A stretch of 64,000 nucleotides of DNA, taken from positions 236,863-300,862 of the forward strand of contig CAJXCD010000001.1 in assembly GCA_913051545.1 (NCBI GenBank), given 5' to 3'. Made by a program: the position numbers and the translations under genes. The notes under the pieces are model-generated. The model did not search any database. It saw nothing but the letters and a program-made list of their open reading frames with translations, and was not told where the DNA came from. Origin of the DNA: an uncultured Chloroflexota bacterium. Lineage in GTDB: Bacteria; Chloroflexota; Dehalococcoidia; Lucifugimonadales; CAJXCD01. Positions 1-9,241 of this stretch are shown one piece after another; position 1 is the first letter of the stretch; each line of letters opens with the position of its first letter.

Positions 1-1
1 T

Positions 2-802
2 GTGAACAAACCTTTTCCTCTCAAAGTTCGTTTGGTAAGCAAGCCTACAATAGACTGGTCTGAGGTTGCTGCATTTTTGGAAGAAGAGGAAGTGCCTCCT
101 ATTCCAGATAGCATACGTGCCGGCAAGGATGAATCAGTGGCGATCGTAGAAATATCTGCACGTTTATGCTATATGAGTTACGGAAGGGGTAGAAAGGATG
201 TCTCTGATTTCATTAATAACTTACTTGCCAAGGGTGACGGGAGTGTATTTGAACATGTGAACTATGGATTCGTCGTCACTGGCGTGTCTAGATCTCTAAC
301 GCACGAATTGGTTAGGCACAGAGCAGGGTTCGCTTATAGTCAGAGATCACAGAGGTTTGTGGATGAGTCCAATGCCCCGTTTGTGATTCCTCCGGCTCTT
401 GCTGAGGAAAGGGCAGGAGTCAACGAAGCCAGAAATATTTTAGAGAAGGCCGTGGAATCAGCAAATAAAAGCTACGAAAATTTAGTGCTTGAGCTTGAAA
501 ATGCTTTACCCACGGAACTTTTCGCCACGAAATGGGATCATAGGAAAGCCGTTCGTCAAGCGGCGAGGTCAGTTTTACCGAATGCTAATGAGACGAAGAT
601 ATTTGTGACAGCCAACGTCAGGGCCTGGAGGCATTTTATAGAGATGCGAGGTGCAGCGTTTGCTGATTGGGAGATACGGAACCTTGCATTGGCAATTTTA
701 GATATCCTACAAATAGAAACTCCCCTGTTGTTTGGAGATTTTGAGATTGAAGGACTGCCGGATGGTACTCGAACTGCGAAGCCGAAATACTCGAAAGTTT
801 AG
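2..802 (+). CDS. thyX: Flavin-dependent thymidylate synthase ThyX
   Basis: 266-aa ORF with the ThyX signature RHRxxSxxxxSxR, seen as VRHRAGFAYSQRSQR. GTG at position 2; the true start could lie left of the window. Confidence 0.85.
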   Translation: MNKPFPLKVRLVSKPTIDWSEVAAFLEEEEVPPIPDSIRAGKDESVAIVEISARLCYMSYGRGRKDVSDFINNLLAKGDGSVFEHVNYGFVVTGVSRSLTHELVRHRAGFAYSQRSQRFVDESNAPFVIPPALAEERAGVNEARNILEKAVESANKSYENLVLELENALPTELFATKWDHRKAVRQAARSVLPNANETKIFVTANVRAWRHFIEMRGAAFADWEIRNLALAILDILQIETPLLFGDFEIEGLPDGTRTAKPKYSKV

Positions 803-814
803 CCAAGATTAACA

Positions 815-2275
815 CTACCTTTTCTTACGCCATTTGAAAAGTACACAAGGAATCAAGGCTGATAAACACAAGAATGTTGCTATTATAAAAAACTCCTTAA
901 ATATGGTCATAGCGGCCTCGGTCAAGAGTGAGTCGTAATCGGACAGTCTGTTTTGGAGGTCTACGGCGGTTTCCTCGTGCAGTTGGAATGGCCATGCCGC
1001 TGCAGGAGCTATGTTTTCGAAACGAGCAGCTCCCCATGCTGTAAGGGCTGCTAGCCCAAGAGTCATTCCTGTCGTGCGACTGGCAGTAACTATTGATGCG
1101 GCAGTTCCTCGATCTCGATCAATTACAGACTCCGTAACAGCTAATGTTATAGGCGCGATAAGTAAACCGAACCCTAGACCGGTAATGGCAAGTTGAATAG
1201 TAAGTAAAGGCTCCCCTATGGTTATATCCCACCCACTCATGAACATAAATCCAAGAGAGGCTAACAGAAGGCCTGTAATGGCTGGCAACCGGTATTCGAA
1301 ATACACACATGCAAACCCCCCTATTATTGCTCCTATAGGAATTGCAGCAGTTAGCCTGAGTAATCTTAGCCCGCCTTCTAGTGGGGATAAGCTCATGGTC
1401 GTGTTCGCCATTAAGGGTATGGTGACCATTCCTGTTATCAATGCTGCGCCAATCAGTATATGAGCAATATTTGCGCTAGCAAATGCAGTATTCTTGAATG
1501 CAGATATGGCAATTAGAGGTGAATCTATGAGGTTCCCTCTTACAATAAATAGGGCTGTTGAAATTACGAATGCGATTACGTATCCTCCCAGAATTAAATC
1601 TGGTGAACTAATCCTATCCAGGGCTAGAGTTAATGATGTTAATGTGATCGCAATTAATAAACCTCCTAGGTAGTCAACCCTAGTTTTTGATCCCTTGCTC
1701 GGTGCCAGCATTAGCCTGATCATTATTAAAACCACTAAGCCTAAAGGGATATTTAACCAAAAAACCCATGGCCAATCTAAGAATTTAGTTACTAGGCCGC
1801 CCCAGAGTGGGCCTAGTACACCACCAGCTTCAGCAGACGCTCCGATTAATCCGTATGCAGGACCTCTTTTACTAGATGGTAAAATGTCGCCGGCTATCGC
1901 AATTGATATAGGTATCATCGCACCTGCGCCAATTGACTGGAACACTCTGGCAGTTATTAGCCAGGATAATTCTGGTGCTAAAGCTACGGCAGCTGATCCT
2001 ATTCCAAAAATAATCATTGAGGCCGCGAACAGTTTTCTGTGTCCCAACGAATCGGACAACCTTCCTATGAGTGGCATCGCCACCAAATATCCTAAGAGGT
2101 AGCCAGTAATGGTCCACGCGGCTTTATCTAGGTTTGTGGGTAGAATCCCAAAATCCACAATAATACTTGGCAGAACGGTTACGATGACTGTCTGGTCGTC
2201 TGCAGCTATGAAAACACCGACACAAACAGGTATTAGGGGTACATATGGTCGAATTCTACTCCCAATTAAATTCAT
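815..2275 (-). CDS. MFS transporter, DHA2/EmrB-type (P55-like)
   Basis: 486 aa, hydrophobic throughout (about 14 TM segments by eye). MFS motif A-like GRLSDSLGHRKLF after the second TM. Lies 19 nt downstream of the LprG-like gene on the same strand. Confidence 0.8.
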   Translation of the reverse strand: MNLIGSRIRPYVPLIPVCVGVFIAADDQTVIVTVLPSIIVDFGILPTNLDKAAWTITGYLLGYLVAMPLIGRLSDSLGHRKLFAASMIIFGIGSAAVALAPELSWLITARVFQSIGAGAMIPISIAIAGDILPSSKRGPAYGLIGASAEAGGVLGPLWGGLVTKFLDWPWVFWLNIPLGLVVLIMIRLMLAPSKGSKTRVDYLGGLLIAITLTSLTLALDRISSPDLILGGYVIAFVISTALFIVRGNLIDSPLIAISAFKNTAFASANIAHILIGAALITGMVTIPLMANTTMSLSPLEGGLRLLRLTAAIPIGAIIGGFACVYFEYRLPAITGLLLASLGFMFMSGWDITIGEPLLTIQLAITGLGFGLLIAPITLAVTESVIDRDRGTAASIVTASRTTGMTLGLAALTAWGAARFENIAPAAAWPFQLHEETAVDLQNRLSDYDSLLTEAAMTIFKEFFIIATFLCLSALIPCVLFKWRKKR

Positions 2276-2294
2276 ATATCCCCAGTGTAATTAG

Positions 2295-3062
2295 TTATAA
2301 AGGAGGTTCGATTAGAATGGGCTTATCAAAATCAGAGAGTGTTATTATCCTAACAACATCATCTCTATCATTAGGAACTACTTTGCCTCTGATAGTAACC
2401 TTAAGTAGGTAAAAACTCTCGGAATCAATTACTAATTCTGTGGATACGGTTAGATTTTCGAGCGTCTGTCCTACAATTGGAACTAAAGCTTCTGTTGGCA
2501 GGACGCCAGATATGATGTAAATAGATTCCTGTTCAGGAAATTGTTCTTTAGGCACTGAAAAATCGGCTAGGTCTGTTCGAGATATTATTGTTCCAATACC
2601 CAGTTTCGGATCGAAGAAACCTAATGAACTAACCCCTGTTGGCCCATGTTCCCATTTACCTGTCAATGGATTTGTCATGAAGGCCGATTTACCCATAGTG
2701 ATGAATTGAGTGTTTAATGCAATTCCGCCAAAAGATCCACGAAAACTAATGTCAAGGAGGTCCGGTTTAGACAAGTTTCCTTCAACTTCATTGATCATTA
2801 GGCCGGGAGTTAATTCTAAGAATCCTGTTTTATGATGAAGTTTGAAGTGCAGAGAGTCTATCTGTTCCATGGCTTGGCTGGTCTGGTCGAGTATTTCTCT
2901 TGGCGTCGTCACTGGAGTGGGTGAAGGTAGGGGTGGAGATTGCGATGAACAAGATATAGTAGCAGCCAGGAAAATTACTAACACTGATACAAACAATAAC
3001 AAATTTGCAGTAAAAACAGATATTAATAGATTATGGATCCGCACAGTCTCTAGTGTATCCAC
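2295..3062 (-). CDS. LppX/LprAFG (LprG-like) family lipoprotein
   Basis: 255 aa. N-terminal hydrophobic anchor ends in ...AATISC followed by a Pro/Ser/Thr-rich linker. The body aligns by eye with mycobacterial LprG landmarks (IDSLHFKL, GNLSKPD, FFDPKLG, C-terminal ...IEPP). Confidence 0.6.
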   Translation of the reverse strand: MDTLETVRIHNLLISVFTANLLLFVSVLVIFLAATISCSSQSPPLPSPTPVTTPREILDQTSQAMEQIDSLHFKLHHKTGFLELTPGLMINEVEGNLSKPDLLDISFRGSFGGIALNTQFITMGKSAFMTNPLTGKWEHGPTGVSSLGFFDPKLGIGTIISRTDLADFSVPKEQFPEQESIYIISGVLPTEALVPIVGQTLENLTVSTELVIDSESFYLLKVTIRGKVVPNDRDDVVRIITLSDFDKPILIEPPL

Positions 3063-3176
3063 ATACTTTGCAACGCAACTTACAATGTAGGCTCAACATC
3101 TTTGATCCACATATATCGCAATACAGTAACGATACGTTAAAGGTATAAAATTCTAGGCAACACATATTATAAATCA

Positions 3177-3214
3177 GAGAAGCCCCGCCAGCTAAATAGT
3201 GGCAAGGGCTTCTC
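3177..3214 (-). terminator. Stem-loop terminator after the LPXTG protein gene
   Basis: GAGAAGCCC...GGGCTTCTC 9-bp inverted repeat 25 nt downstream of the stop at 3239, followed on the minus strand by a moderately U-rich tract. Confidence 0.5.
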
Positions 3215-3238
3215 AAGTAAATCCACCTTTAATTTAGG

Positions 3239-4381
3239 TTAAACGCTTTTCTTAGAACGTCTTTCGGTTGTCACCAACAGGCCACCTGACAACATTAGGA
3301 TTAAAGCAATGGCTAATCCTGCCTGAGCCAGTAGCGGGATTGTGCTGTCTCCCGTGGAGGGAAGAGCTGGCGTGACGACAGGGTCCGGCGTAGTAGTAAC
3401 AACTGCGCCACCTACCAGAATGTAAGTCCCTATCAACTGCGCTTCTCTATATGCCTGTCTGGCACCTGCTTCTCCGCTGCCCGAGATAGTGCCATCCAGA
3501 TTTGTATCCAACCCGTTTAGTGCATTATCTACTAGTCCAGCGACTCTGCCGAGGTTCAGCCTGGCTTCAGACTCTGTTCCCCCAATCACATCTGCAGCTG
3601 CTTTACTTACAGCTAAATTCATAAGGTCAATAGAGCTTTGTGCATTCTCCTGAGCAGTGGCTCCATGAGCACTTTGGGCTGTGGAGGCAGCAGTAATCAC
3701 TTCATTTGCATGGGGTATTGCCCCTACTCCGTCTCCAACCGACTCTATAGTTCCATCAGCATCGTGATCAGCGTAGTTGGATCCATTAGGACCTTCAATA
3801 GCGTTGACTACGCGCTCTATGCTGTCATTGATTTCAGAAACTGTAGCAGTGGTCGATTGGCTTGCTGCAGAGGACGCTTCAGCGTGAGCGGCTTCTAGCT
3901 GATCTACCAGCCTAGTGGCGGCGCCTATTCCTGAATCAGCAGGCCAGTCGGCTACCAAGGCTCTTGCCGATGACAAGTCAGTAGACCCTATTTGCGTCTG
4001 GAATGCGTAGGTGCCCGATGGTGCTGTATCAGTATCAGGAACCGGTTCTATAGAAATCCAGACTTGGCTATAGCTCCTAACCAGATTCTCCCCTGAAGGG
4101 GAAGTGAAAGTGTGATTGACATTACCTTCGTCATCAACGTCCATCACCCCGGTGCTGAGAGCCGTAGCTCCATCATCCGATATAAGCCAACTTTCGTAGG
4201 CTGTTCCTTCCTCTGGGATGGTAACGCCTGTCATTTCGTATGTGACGGCGTCGCTGAAGAATGCATCATCAGATATGGTCGCGGTGCCGACACCTGTGAC
4301 GTCCTGTGCCAGGACTACGCTAGCAGGTACGGCCATAAGCAGAACAAATGCTGCTAGGACCATCAGTTTTAACTTGGCCAT
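3239..4381 (-). CDS. Secreted LPXTG-anchored (sortase substrate) surface protein with RskA-like N-terminal domain
   Basis: Signal peptide MAKLKLMVLAAFVLLMAVPASVVLAQD. C-terminal LPSTG, then a hydrophobic segment and an RRSKKSV tail. YESWLISDDG...STGV resembles the anti-sigma-K RskA C-terminal domain. Two DxDxDGTI loops are present. Confidence 0.7.
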   Translation of the reverse strand: MAKLKLMVLAAFVLLMAVPASVVLAQDVTGVGTATISDDAFFSDAVTYEMTGVTIPEEGTAYESWLISDDGATALSTGVMDVDDEGNVNHTFTSPSGENLVRSYSQVWISIEPVPDTDTAPSGTYAFQTQIGSTDLSSARALVADWPADSGIGAATRLVDQLEAAHAEASSAASQSTTATVSEINDSIERVVNAIEGPNGSNYADHDADGTIESVGDGVGAIPHANEVITAASTAQSAHGATAQENAQSSIDLMNLAVSKAAADVIGGTESEARLNLGRVAGLVDNALNGLDTNLDGTISGSGEAGARQAYREAQLIGTYILVGGAVVTTTPDPVVTPALPSTGDSTIPLLAQAGLAIALILMLSGGLLVTTERRSKKSV

Positions 4382-4609
4382 AATCTCGTTCTCCCTCTTA
4401 GTACTGTAGGCAAAGGGGTTATATTATTTATTGTCAATACATTACCACAAGCAGAGCATTACGCAAAGGCTCTACAGGTGTAACTTAGCACAAAATTCCA
4501 AAAATCGCTTCCCGTAATCCCGTCTAGGTTACCTGTGGAGTCAACCCTTGACCTATCGCAGACACAACAAGTATATCAGATAGTAGCTCATGAACACGCC
4601 AATAGAAAT

Positions 4610-7600
4610 TTATTCCCAGTTCTTGGCTGGTGGCAGTGGGTCGTCCACATAGATGTTTTCGATAATTGAAGCAACGATGTTTACGTTATCTTGTGTTTTA
4701 GACACGGTGCCTATAATTTTCAATACTGGTTGAGACAAAACATTTCGATATCGATTGAATACTTTAGGTAATACAATTATGGAAATGTGGCCGTATTCAT
4801 CTTCTAGTGTGAGGAATATTTTGTGGCTGCGAGGGTGTTGTCTCCGTATAACGAGACCTGCAACTGTAACTTTAGAGTGGTTAGGCACTTTAGGGATTTC
4901 GGCACTTGTTAGAATTTTGGCAGACATATTTGGTCTGAGAATTTCCATTAAATGCCCCTGTGGATATAGGTTGGTAGTGTCATATTCACCAGCCATTTTT
5001 TCCCAGTCGCTCATATTGGGCAAGGTGACCCTGTCTTGTTCTATTGAAAGAGGTAACGATAACTGAATAGATGCCGGTCTGTAGATTAACCCTATCTCCC
5101 ATAGTGCAGACCGACGGTTCGGTGTGAATGTATCGAAAGCACCAGCTCGCGCGAGGTTTTTCAGGGCCAGATAATTGAGGTTGAGCCTGTTGACTGTATC
5201 CGTAATGCTCAGGAATGGACCTTCGCTATCTCTGTTTCTCACGATATGACCTGCGTTGGTGTTGCTTATGCCCTTCGTCATAGATAGTCCTAATAAGAAT
5301 GAATTATTGTCCTTTGGGGCACATTCCACCAGGCTCTTGTTGATATCGATGTTTAAGGGGTATATCCCGTGTCGTTTGGCATCTTCTTTCAAAGTTTCTA
5401 GGTTGTAGAACCCCATGGGTTGCTGGTTAAAGATTGCAATAAAAAACTCTAGAGGGTAGTAATGTTTAATCCAGGACATCTGATAAGCAGTTATGCCGAA
5501 GGCGTATGCGTGCGACTCCGGGAACATGTATTGCCCAGAAAATTTATTGAATATTTTCAGAGCTGTGCTTTCCGAGACCCCTCTTTTGATTGCTCCTGTT
5601 TTAAATTGACTCCAATATTTTTTAATAAGAGATTCCCCGTTTTTTCTGCCAAAGGCTCTGCGAAGGTGGTCAGCTTCTCTAGGTTGGAAGCCAGCAACAT
5701 TCATTGCCAATTCATTGACCTGGTCTTGGTACAAGATAACACCGTGGGTGCGTTCTAGTGCGGGTTTTTCCAAAGGGTGGTCATATTCCCATTTGTCGGC
5801 ATTCACATATCTGCTAATGAATTGGCTAACTCCGTTGACATTTCCTACGCCTGGTCTGACACAGGCTACTTCGTATGCCATCTCGCGCAGATTTTTAGGC
5901 TTGAGCCTTGTTACGGTTTGCATCTGTGCAGCGGATTCAATTTGGAATACTCCGATAGTGTCGGCTTTATGAATTGACTTGTAAACTTCTTGGTCATCAA
6001 AATTTATGCGAGATATGTCGATTGATTTACCAGTACGGTTCTCTATGAGTTGTAGAGATTCGTGTAGCTGAGATAGAGTGCCTAATGCCAAGAAGTCTAT
6101 TTTTACGAACCCTGCATCAGCAATACTGTCTTTGTCCCAGTGGCATATGTATCTCTCTCCCTCTGTGCTTGGCTGGACAGGAACCATATTTGTCAGAGGA
6201 GATGAGCTAATAATCATGCCGCCAGGATGCTGGGAGAGATATTTTGGTGCCCCATGAAGATCGGAGGTCAATTTCATGAATATCTGCCAATACGGATGGT
6301 TGATCTTCTCCCGGAAGCTTGGCAATCTAGCCATTTCAGATTCTATGTCTTTAGAATGGCGAGTATCTATTTGCCGAGACAGGTTATGTAGATCTTTGGA
6401 AGGAATTCCTAATATCTTGCCTATATCTTTGATACAGCCCTTCATTTTGTAGGTGGCTATAGAACCTGTGATGACGGCATGATCCCAACCATATTTATCG
6501 TGGATTCTCCGAATCAGTTCCTCTCGTATGTTGCGTGGAAAGTCTAGGTCAATGTCAGGGAGGCTAGACATGTCATTGTTGAGGAATCGGCCTAGAGAAA
6601 GGTTGTAGGCTAAAGGGTCTATATGGGAGAGACCGATTAAGTAAGCTACTAGTGAGGCCACGGAGGAGCCTCTGCCTCTACCAGGAGGCCTTTCTTCCAA
6701 GGGTGTTTCGGAACTACTAATGCCCAGATCAATCATTGCTTGGCGGGCTAGTTGGATTATCTCATAATAAATCAAGAAGAAGCCGGAAAGATTATATAGC
6801 TGTAGAAGGTGAAATTCTTCCTCTAGGCGTGTCAGTACTTGCGCATTTATTGAGCCATATTTACGAACGGCTGCTTGATAGCAGATCTTTTTCAGGTACG
6901 AGAGAGGGGTGTGGTTTTTAGAGACAGGGTAGTTTGGAAGCTCGTACCCAAGATCTTCTTTGAGATTGAATGTGCATTGTTCTGCTATTTTGATGGTATT
7001 TGATAGTGCCTCTGGAAGTTCTGAGAATAGGCTAGCAATTTCTGCTACTGGCTTGAGGTAGAAATTATTGTTGGCCCGCCGTTCTAGATGACTCTCTTCA
7101 AGGGTTAGGTTATGCCTGATTGCAACAAGGGCATCTTGCAGTTGGTGACGTTCAGGTATGTGGTAGTGGACGTTGTTTGTAGCAACACAATTTAGTCCGT
7201 ATTTTTTAGCCAATTTAACAAGAAATTTATTGCGGTATACGTCTCCGTAGATCATGTTTTGCTGTAGTTCAACAAACACATTGTTTGTGCCAAACCATTC
7301 CAAATATTTTGCTATTTCCTTTTCTGCTGCCTTGTCTCTTCGCTCTGTAGCCAGAGCGGGTATTTTTCCTCTAGCACATCCAGTTAAAAGAGTAATGCCC
7401 TCAGTGTGGTTCTTTAGGAAATCAGGGTCTACCTTAGGGTTTGTGGAGTTTTTGTGAAATCGAGAATGAGTGATTAAATTGCAAAGGTTGGAGTACCCTT
7501 TCCGAGTTCTGGATAAAAGGGTTAAATGGGATCCGTCTTCTAGGGTAATCTCGGCGCCTGTTATTGGCTGTATCCCGATGTCGTTTGCCATGCGGGAGAA

Positions 7601-7744
7601 TTCCATAGCGCCGCAGAGGTTGTCATGGTCCGTTAAGGCCAGTGCGGGGTATCCGAGATCCATAGCACGCACGAGGAGCTCTTCAACGGAAGATGCACCT
7701 TCTTGAAACGAATAATTGCTGTGGCAATGAAGTTCGGCATACAT
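4610..7744 (-). CDS. dnaE2: Error-prone DNA polymerase III alpha-like subunit DnaE2 (ImuC)
   Basis: 1044 aa. N-terminal PHP domain YAELHCHSNYSFQEGAS...LALTDHDNLCG is typical of DnaE2 rather than DnaE1. Located directly downstream of the imuB-like gene. Confidence 0.85.
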   Translation of the reverse strand: MYAELHCHSNYSFQEGASSVEELLVRAMDLGYPALALTDHDNLCGAMEFSRMANDIGIQPITGAEITLEDGSHLTLLSRTRKGYSNLCNLITHSRFHKNSTNPKVDPDFLKNHTEGITLLTGCARGKIPALATERRDKAAEKEIAKYLEWFGTNNVFVELQQNMIYGDVYRNKFLVKLAKKYGLNCVATNNVHYHIPERHQLQDALVAIRHNLTLEESHLERRANNNFYLKPVAEIASLFSELPEALSNTIKIAEQCTFNLKEDLGYELPNYPVSKNHTPLSYLKKICYQAAVRKYGSINAQVLTRLEEEFHLLQLYNLSGFFLIYYEIIQLARQAMIDLGISSSETPLEERPPGRGRGSSVASLVAYLIGLSHIDPLAYNLSLGRFLNNDMSSLPDIDLDFPRNIREELIRRIHDKYGWDHAVITGSIATYKMKGCIKDIGKILGIPSKDLHNLSRQIDTRHSKDIESEMARLPSFREKINHPYWQIFMKLTSDLHGAPKYLSQHPGGMIISSSPLTNMVPVQPSTEGERYICHWDKDSIADAGFVKIDFLALGTLSQLHESLQLIENRTGKSIDISRINFDDQEVYKSIHKADTIGVFQIESAAQMQTVTRLKPKNLREMAYEVACVRPGVGNVNGVSQFISRYVNADKWEYDHPLEKPALERTHGVILYQDQVNELAMNVAGFQPREADHLRRAFGRKNGESLIKKYWSQFKTGAIKRGVSESTALKIFNKFSGQYMFPESHAYAFGITAYQMSWIKHYYPLEFFIAIFNQQPMGFYNLETLKEDAKRHGIYPLNIDINKSLVECAPKDNNSFLLGLSMTKGISNTNAGHIVRNRDSEGPFLSITDTVNRLNLNYLALKNLARAGAFDTFTPNRRSALWEIGLIYRPASIQLSLPLSIEQDRVTLPNMSDWEKMAGEYDTTNLYPQGHLMEILRPNMSAKILTSAEIPKVPNHSKVTVAGLVIRRQHPRSHKIFLTLEDEYGHISIIVLPKVFNRYRNVLSQPVLKIIGTVSKTQDNVNIVASIIENIYVDDPLPPAKNWE

Positions 7745-7772
7745 GATTGAGGTATATATGAGCTGTGGTTAT

Positions 7773-8060
7773 TTAGGCTATTTGCTTGAACCAAAGCCCA
7801 GTAATCAAGTCAATGAAGATCGTTATACGGGAGCCATTTTCTAATATAACTCTGTGGTATCGCCTCTTGATTGGATTTGGTTTCCACCATTCATCTATTA
7901 TTTCCCACGTTTCCTCTAGTGACGACACATTTAATTTGTGTTGGCCTAAAGTTATAGATATGGGTGATAAAGTTTTAGATTCATATACATTTATGGGTAT
8001 GGGCTGATTCAAGGGGAGAATTGGATTAAGGCTTTTCTTTTTTCGGGTATTCTTGACCAT
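7773..8060 (-). CDS. Small protein resembling the extreme C-terminus of ImuB (separate ORF or frameshifted imuB tail)
   Basis: 95-aa ORF overlapping the imuB-like ORF by 52 nt in the -1 frame. Has its own ATG with a GAGG 7 nt upstream. Motifs IDEWW...RRYHRV...G...IFIDL..G.WF. See findings. Confidence 0.5.
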   Translation of the reverse strand: MVKNTRKKKSLNPILPLNQPIPINVYESKTLSPISITLGQHKLNVSSLEETWEIIDEWWKPNPIKRRYHRVILENGSRITIFIDLITGLWFKQIA

Positions 8061-9193
8061 GGGTTTACCTCTATTATTTTGTATACGGGTGGTTTTTGGC
8101 AGAGGCGAACCTCTAGCTGTTTCATCATTTCGGCAAGATGTTCGTTTCTCTTCACGTCAGCAAAAAATCCTGTCTGTTTACCGAATTCACCTACAATGTC
8201 AGAAACAGTAAGATTCACATCTTCAAATGGTCCGGGGATAGTTGAATTAGTGAATATAGATTTTACCGAGGCCATTGCATTTTTCACGGTATTCACGGGG
8301 GTCTTAAACACAAATTTCTTTGACCAAGTGGCACGGTTTAATGTGCTGGATTTTATTGATGCAGATCGTATATATCGCCCTTTAATAGTAGGGTTGTTTA
8401 GTACTTTTCCAAAAAGAATTTCTATAGCCGAACAAATTGTATGCGTTGTTGTGGCTGGTACTGGGAAGGACAAGTATTCGCTAACACACAAGCTTTGTTT
8501 AATGGGAGTTATAATGTTGGTATCGGCACTATTAGATACTTCCCAAGCAGTTTTGCCTTCTTGTCCGAACTGTGCCTGAAGGGCACTGATTCCGAGTGAA
8601 GACACTTGTCCGATAGTGTATATCCCAAAGTTGCGTAGGCTGAATTTGACATTTTGTGATACAGGTAAAAGGCCCACAGGCAATTTTTGAATAAATGATG
8701 TGGCGTCTCCAGAGAATGTAACGGTTTGGCCAGGCTTGCTCTGTGTTGCAGCCAAATATGCAGAAAATTTAGTTTTGGCTAGGCCGATACGAGGATTGAA
8801 TTCATTTGGTATGCTGTCCAAAATATTTTCTCTGGTCCTGTCGCCTTGGTTTGAATCAGGTTTTACGCCGGACATATCTATGTATATGCGGCCTAAGTAG
8901 CTCTTTTCGATCATTGGACTTATCCTCAGCATCGATTCGGCAATTTCGTCAAAACGCCTTTCATAGTGTTCAATATCTGCTTCAATAAGTACGGTTTGTA
9001 TAGGGCAATTAGGAAGGGCTTCTCGCAAGGGCATTCCTTCGAATACTTTTTTAAGCTCAGGCGTTGCGTCCATCACAATACCTGAACCAGCGGCGCGAGC
9101 AACTATAATGACGGGCTTGTCTTTCAGCCCAGGCTTTCTGAGAAGTTCAGATTTCGCGGGCAGGTGTGTGATTAAGACACACGCAAAGGACAT
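8009..9193 (-). CDS. imuB: ImuB-like Y-family DNA polymerase homolog
   Basis: DinB/UmuC-like fold by eye (MSFACVLITHLP..., PVIIV..., YIDMSGV). Start set at ATG 9193 (GGGAG 7 nt upstream). The ORF track extends to 9307, but that extension covers the candidate LexA box. Confidence 0.7.
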   Translation of the reverse strand: MSFACVLITHLPAKSELLRKPGLKDKPVIIVARAAGSGIVMDATPELKKVFEGMPLREALPNCPIQTVLIEADIEHYERRFDEIAESMLRISPMIEKSYLGRIYIDMSGVKPDSNQGDRTRENILDSIPNEFNPRIGLAKTKFSAYLAATQSKPGQTVTFSGDATSFIQKLPVGLLPVSQNVKFSLRNFGIYTIGQVSSLGISALQAQFGQEGKTAWEVSNSADTNIITPIKQSLCVSEYLSFPVPATTTHTICSAIEILFGKVLNNPTIKGRYIRSASIKSSTLNRATWSKKFVFKTPVNTVKNAMASVKSIFTNSTIPGPFEDVNLTVSDIVGEFGKQTGFFADVKRNEHLAEMMKQLEVRLCQKPPVYKIIEVNPWSRIPEKRKALIQFSP

Positions 9194-9227
9194 TGCTATA
9201 CTCCCTAATAGGTTCTTATTAATAATA

Positions 9228-9241
9228 CGAACAAACATTCT
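9228..9241 (-). promoter_or_regulatory. Candidate LexA (Cheo-type SOS) box upstream of imuB-dnaE2
   Basis: CGAACAAACATTCT matches CGAACRNRYGTTYC at 12 of 14 positions. Lies about 35 nt upstream of the preferred imuB start. Confidence 0.4.

Noticed and set aside
3031-3216. 61-aa Cys-rich ORF with a CxxC-x11-CxxC zinc-ribbon-like pattern (CDICGSKMLSLHCKLRCKVCGY), lying between the LPXTG gene and the LprG-like gene
   Set aside because: Its 5' part is occupied by the terminator hairpin at 3177..3214 and its 3' end overlaps the LprG-like start by 32 nt. I saw no RBS. With no homology evidence available it is most likely spurious, though a short zinc-ribbon peptide starting at an internal Met cannot be excluded.
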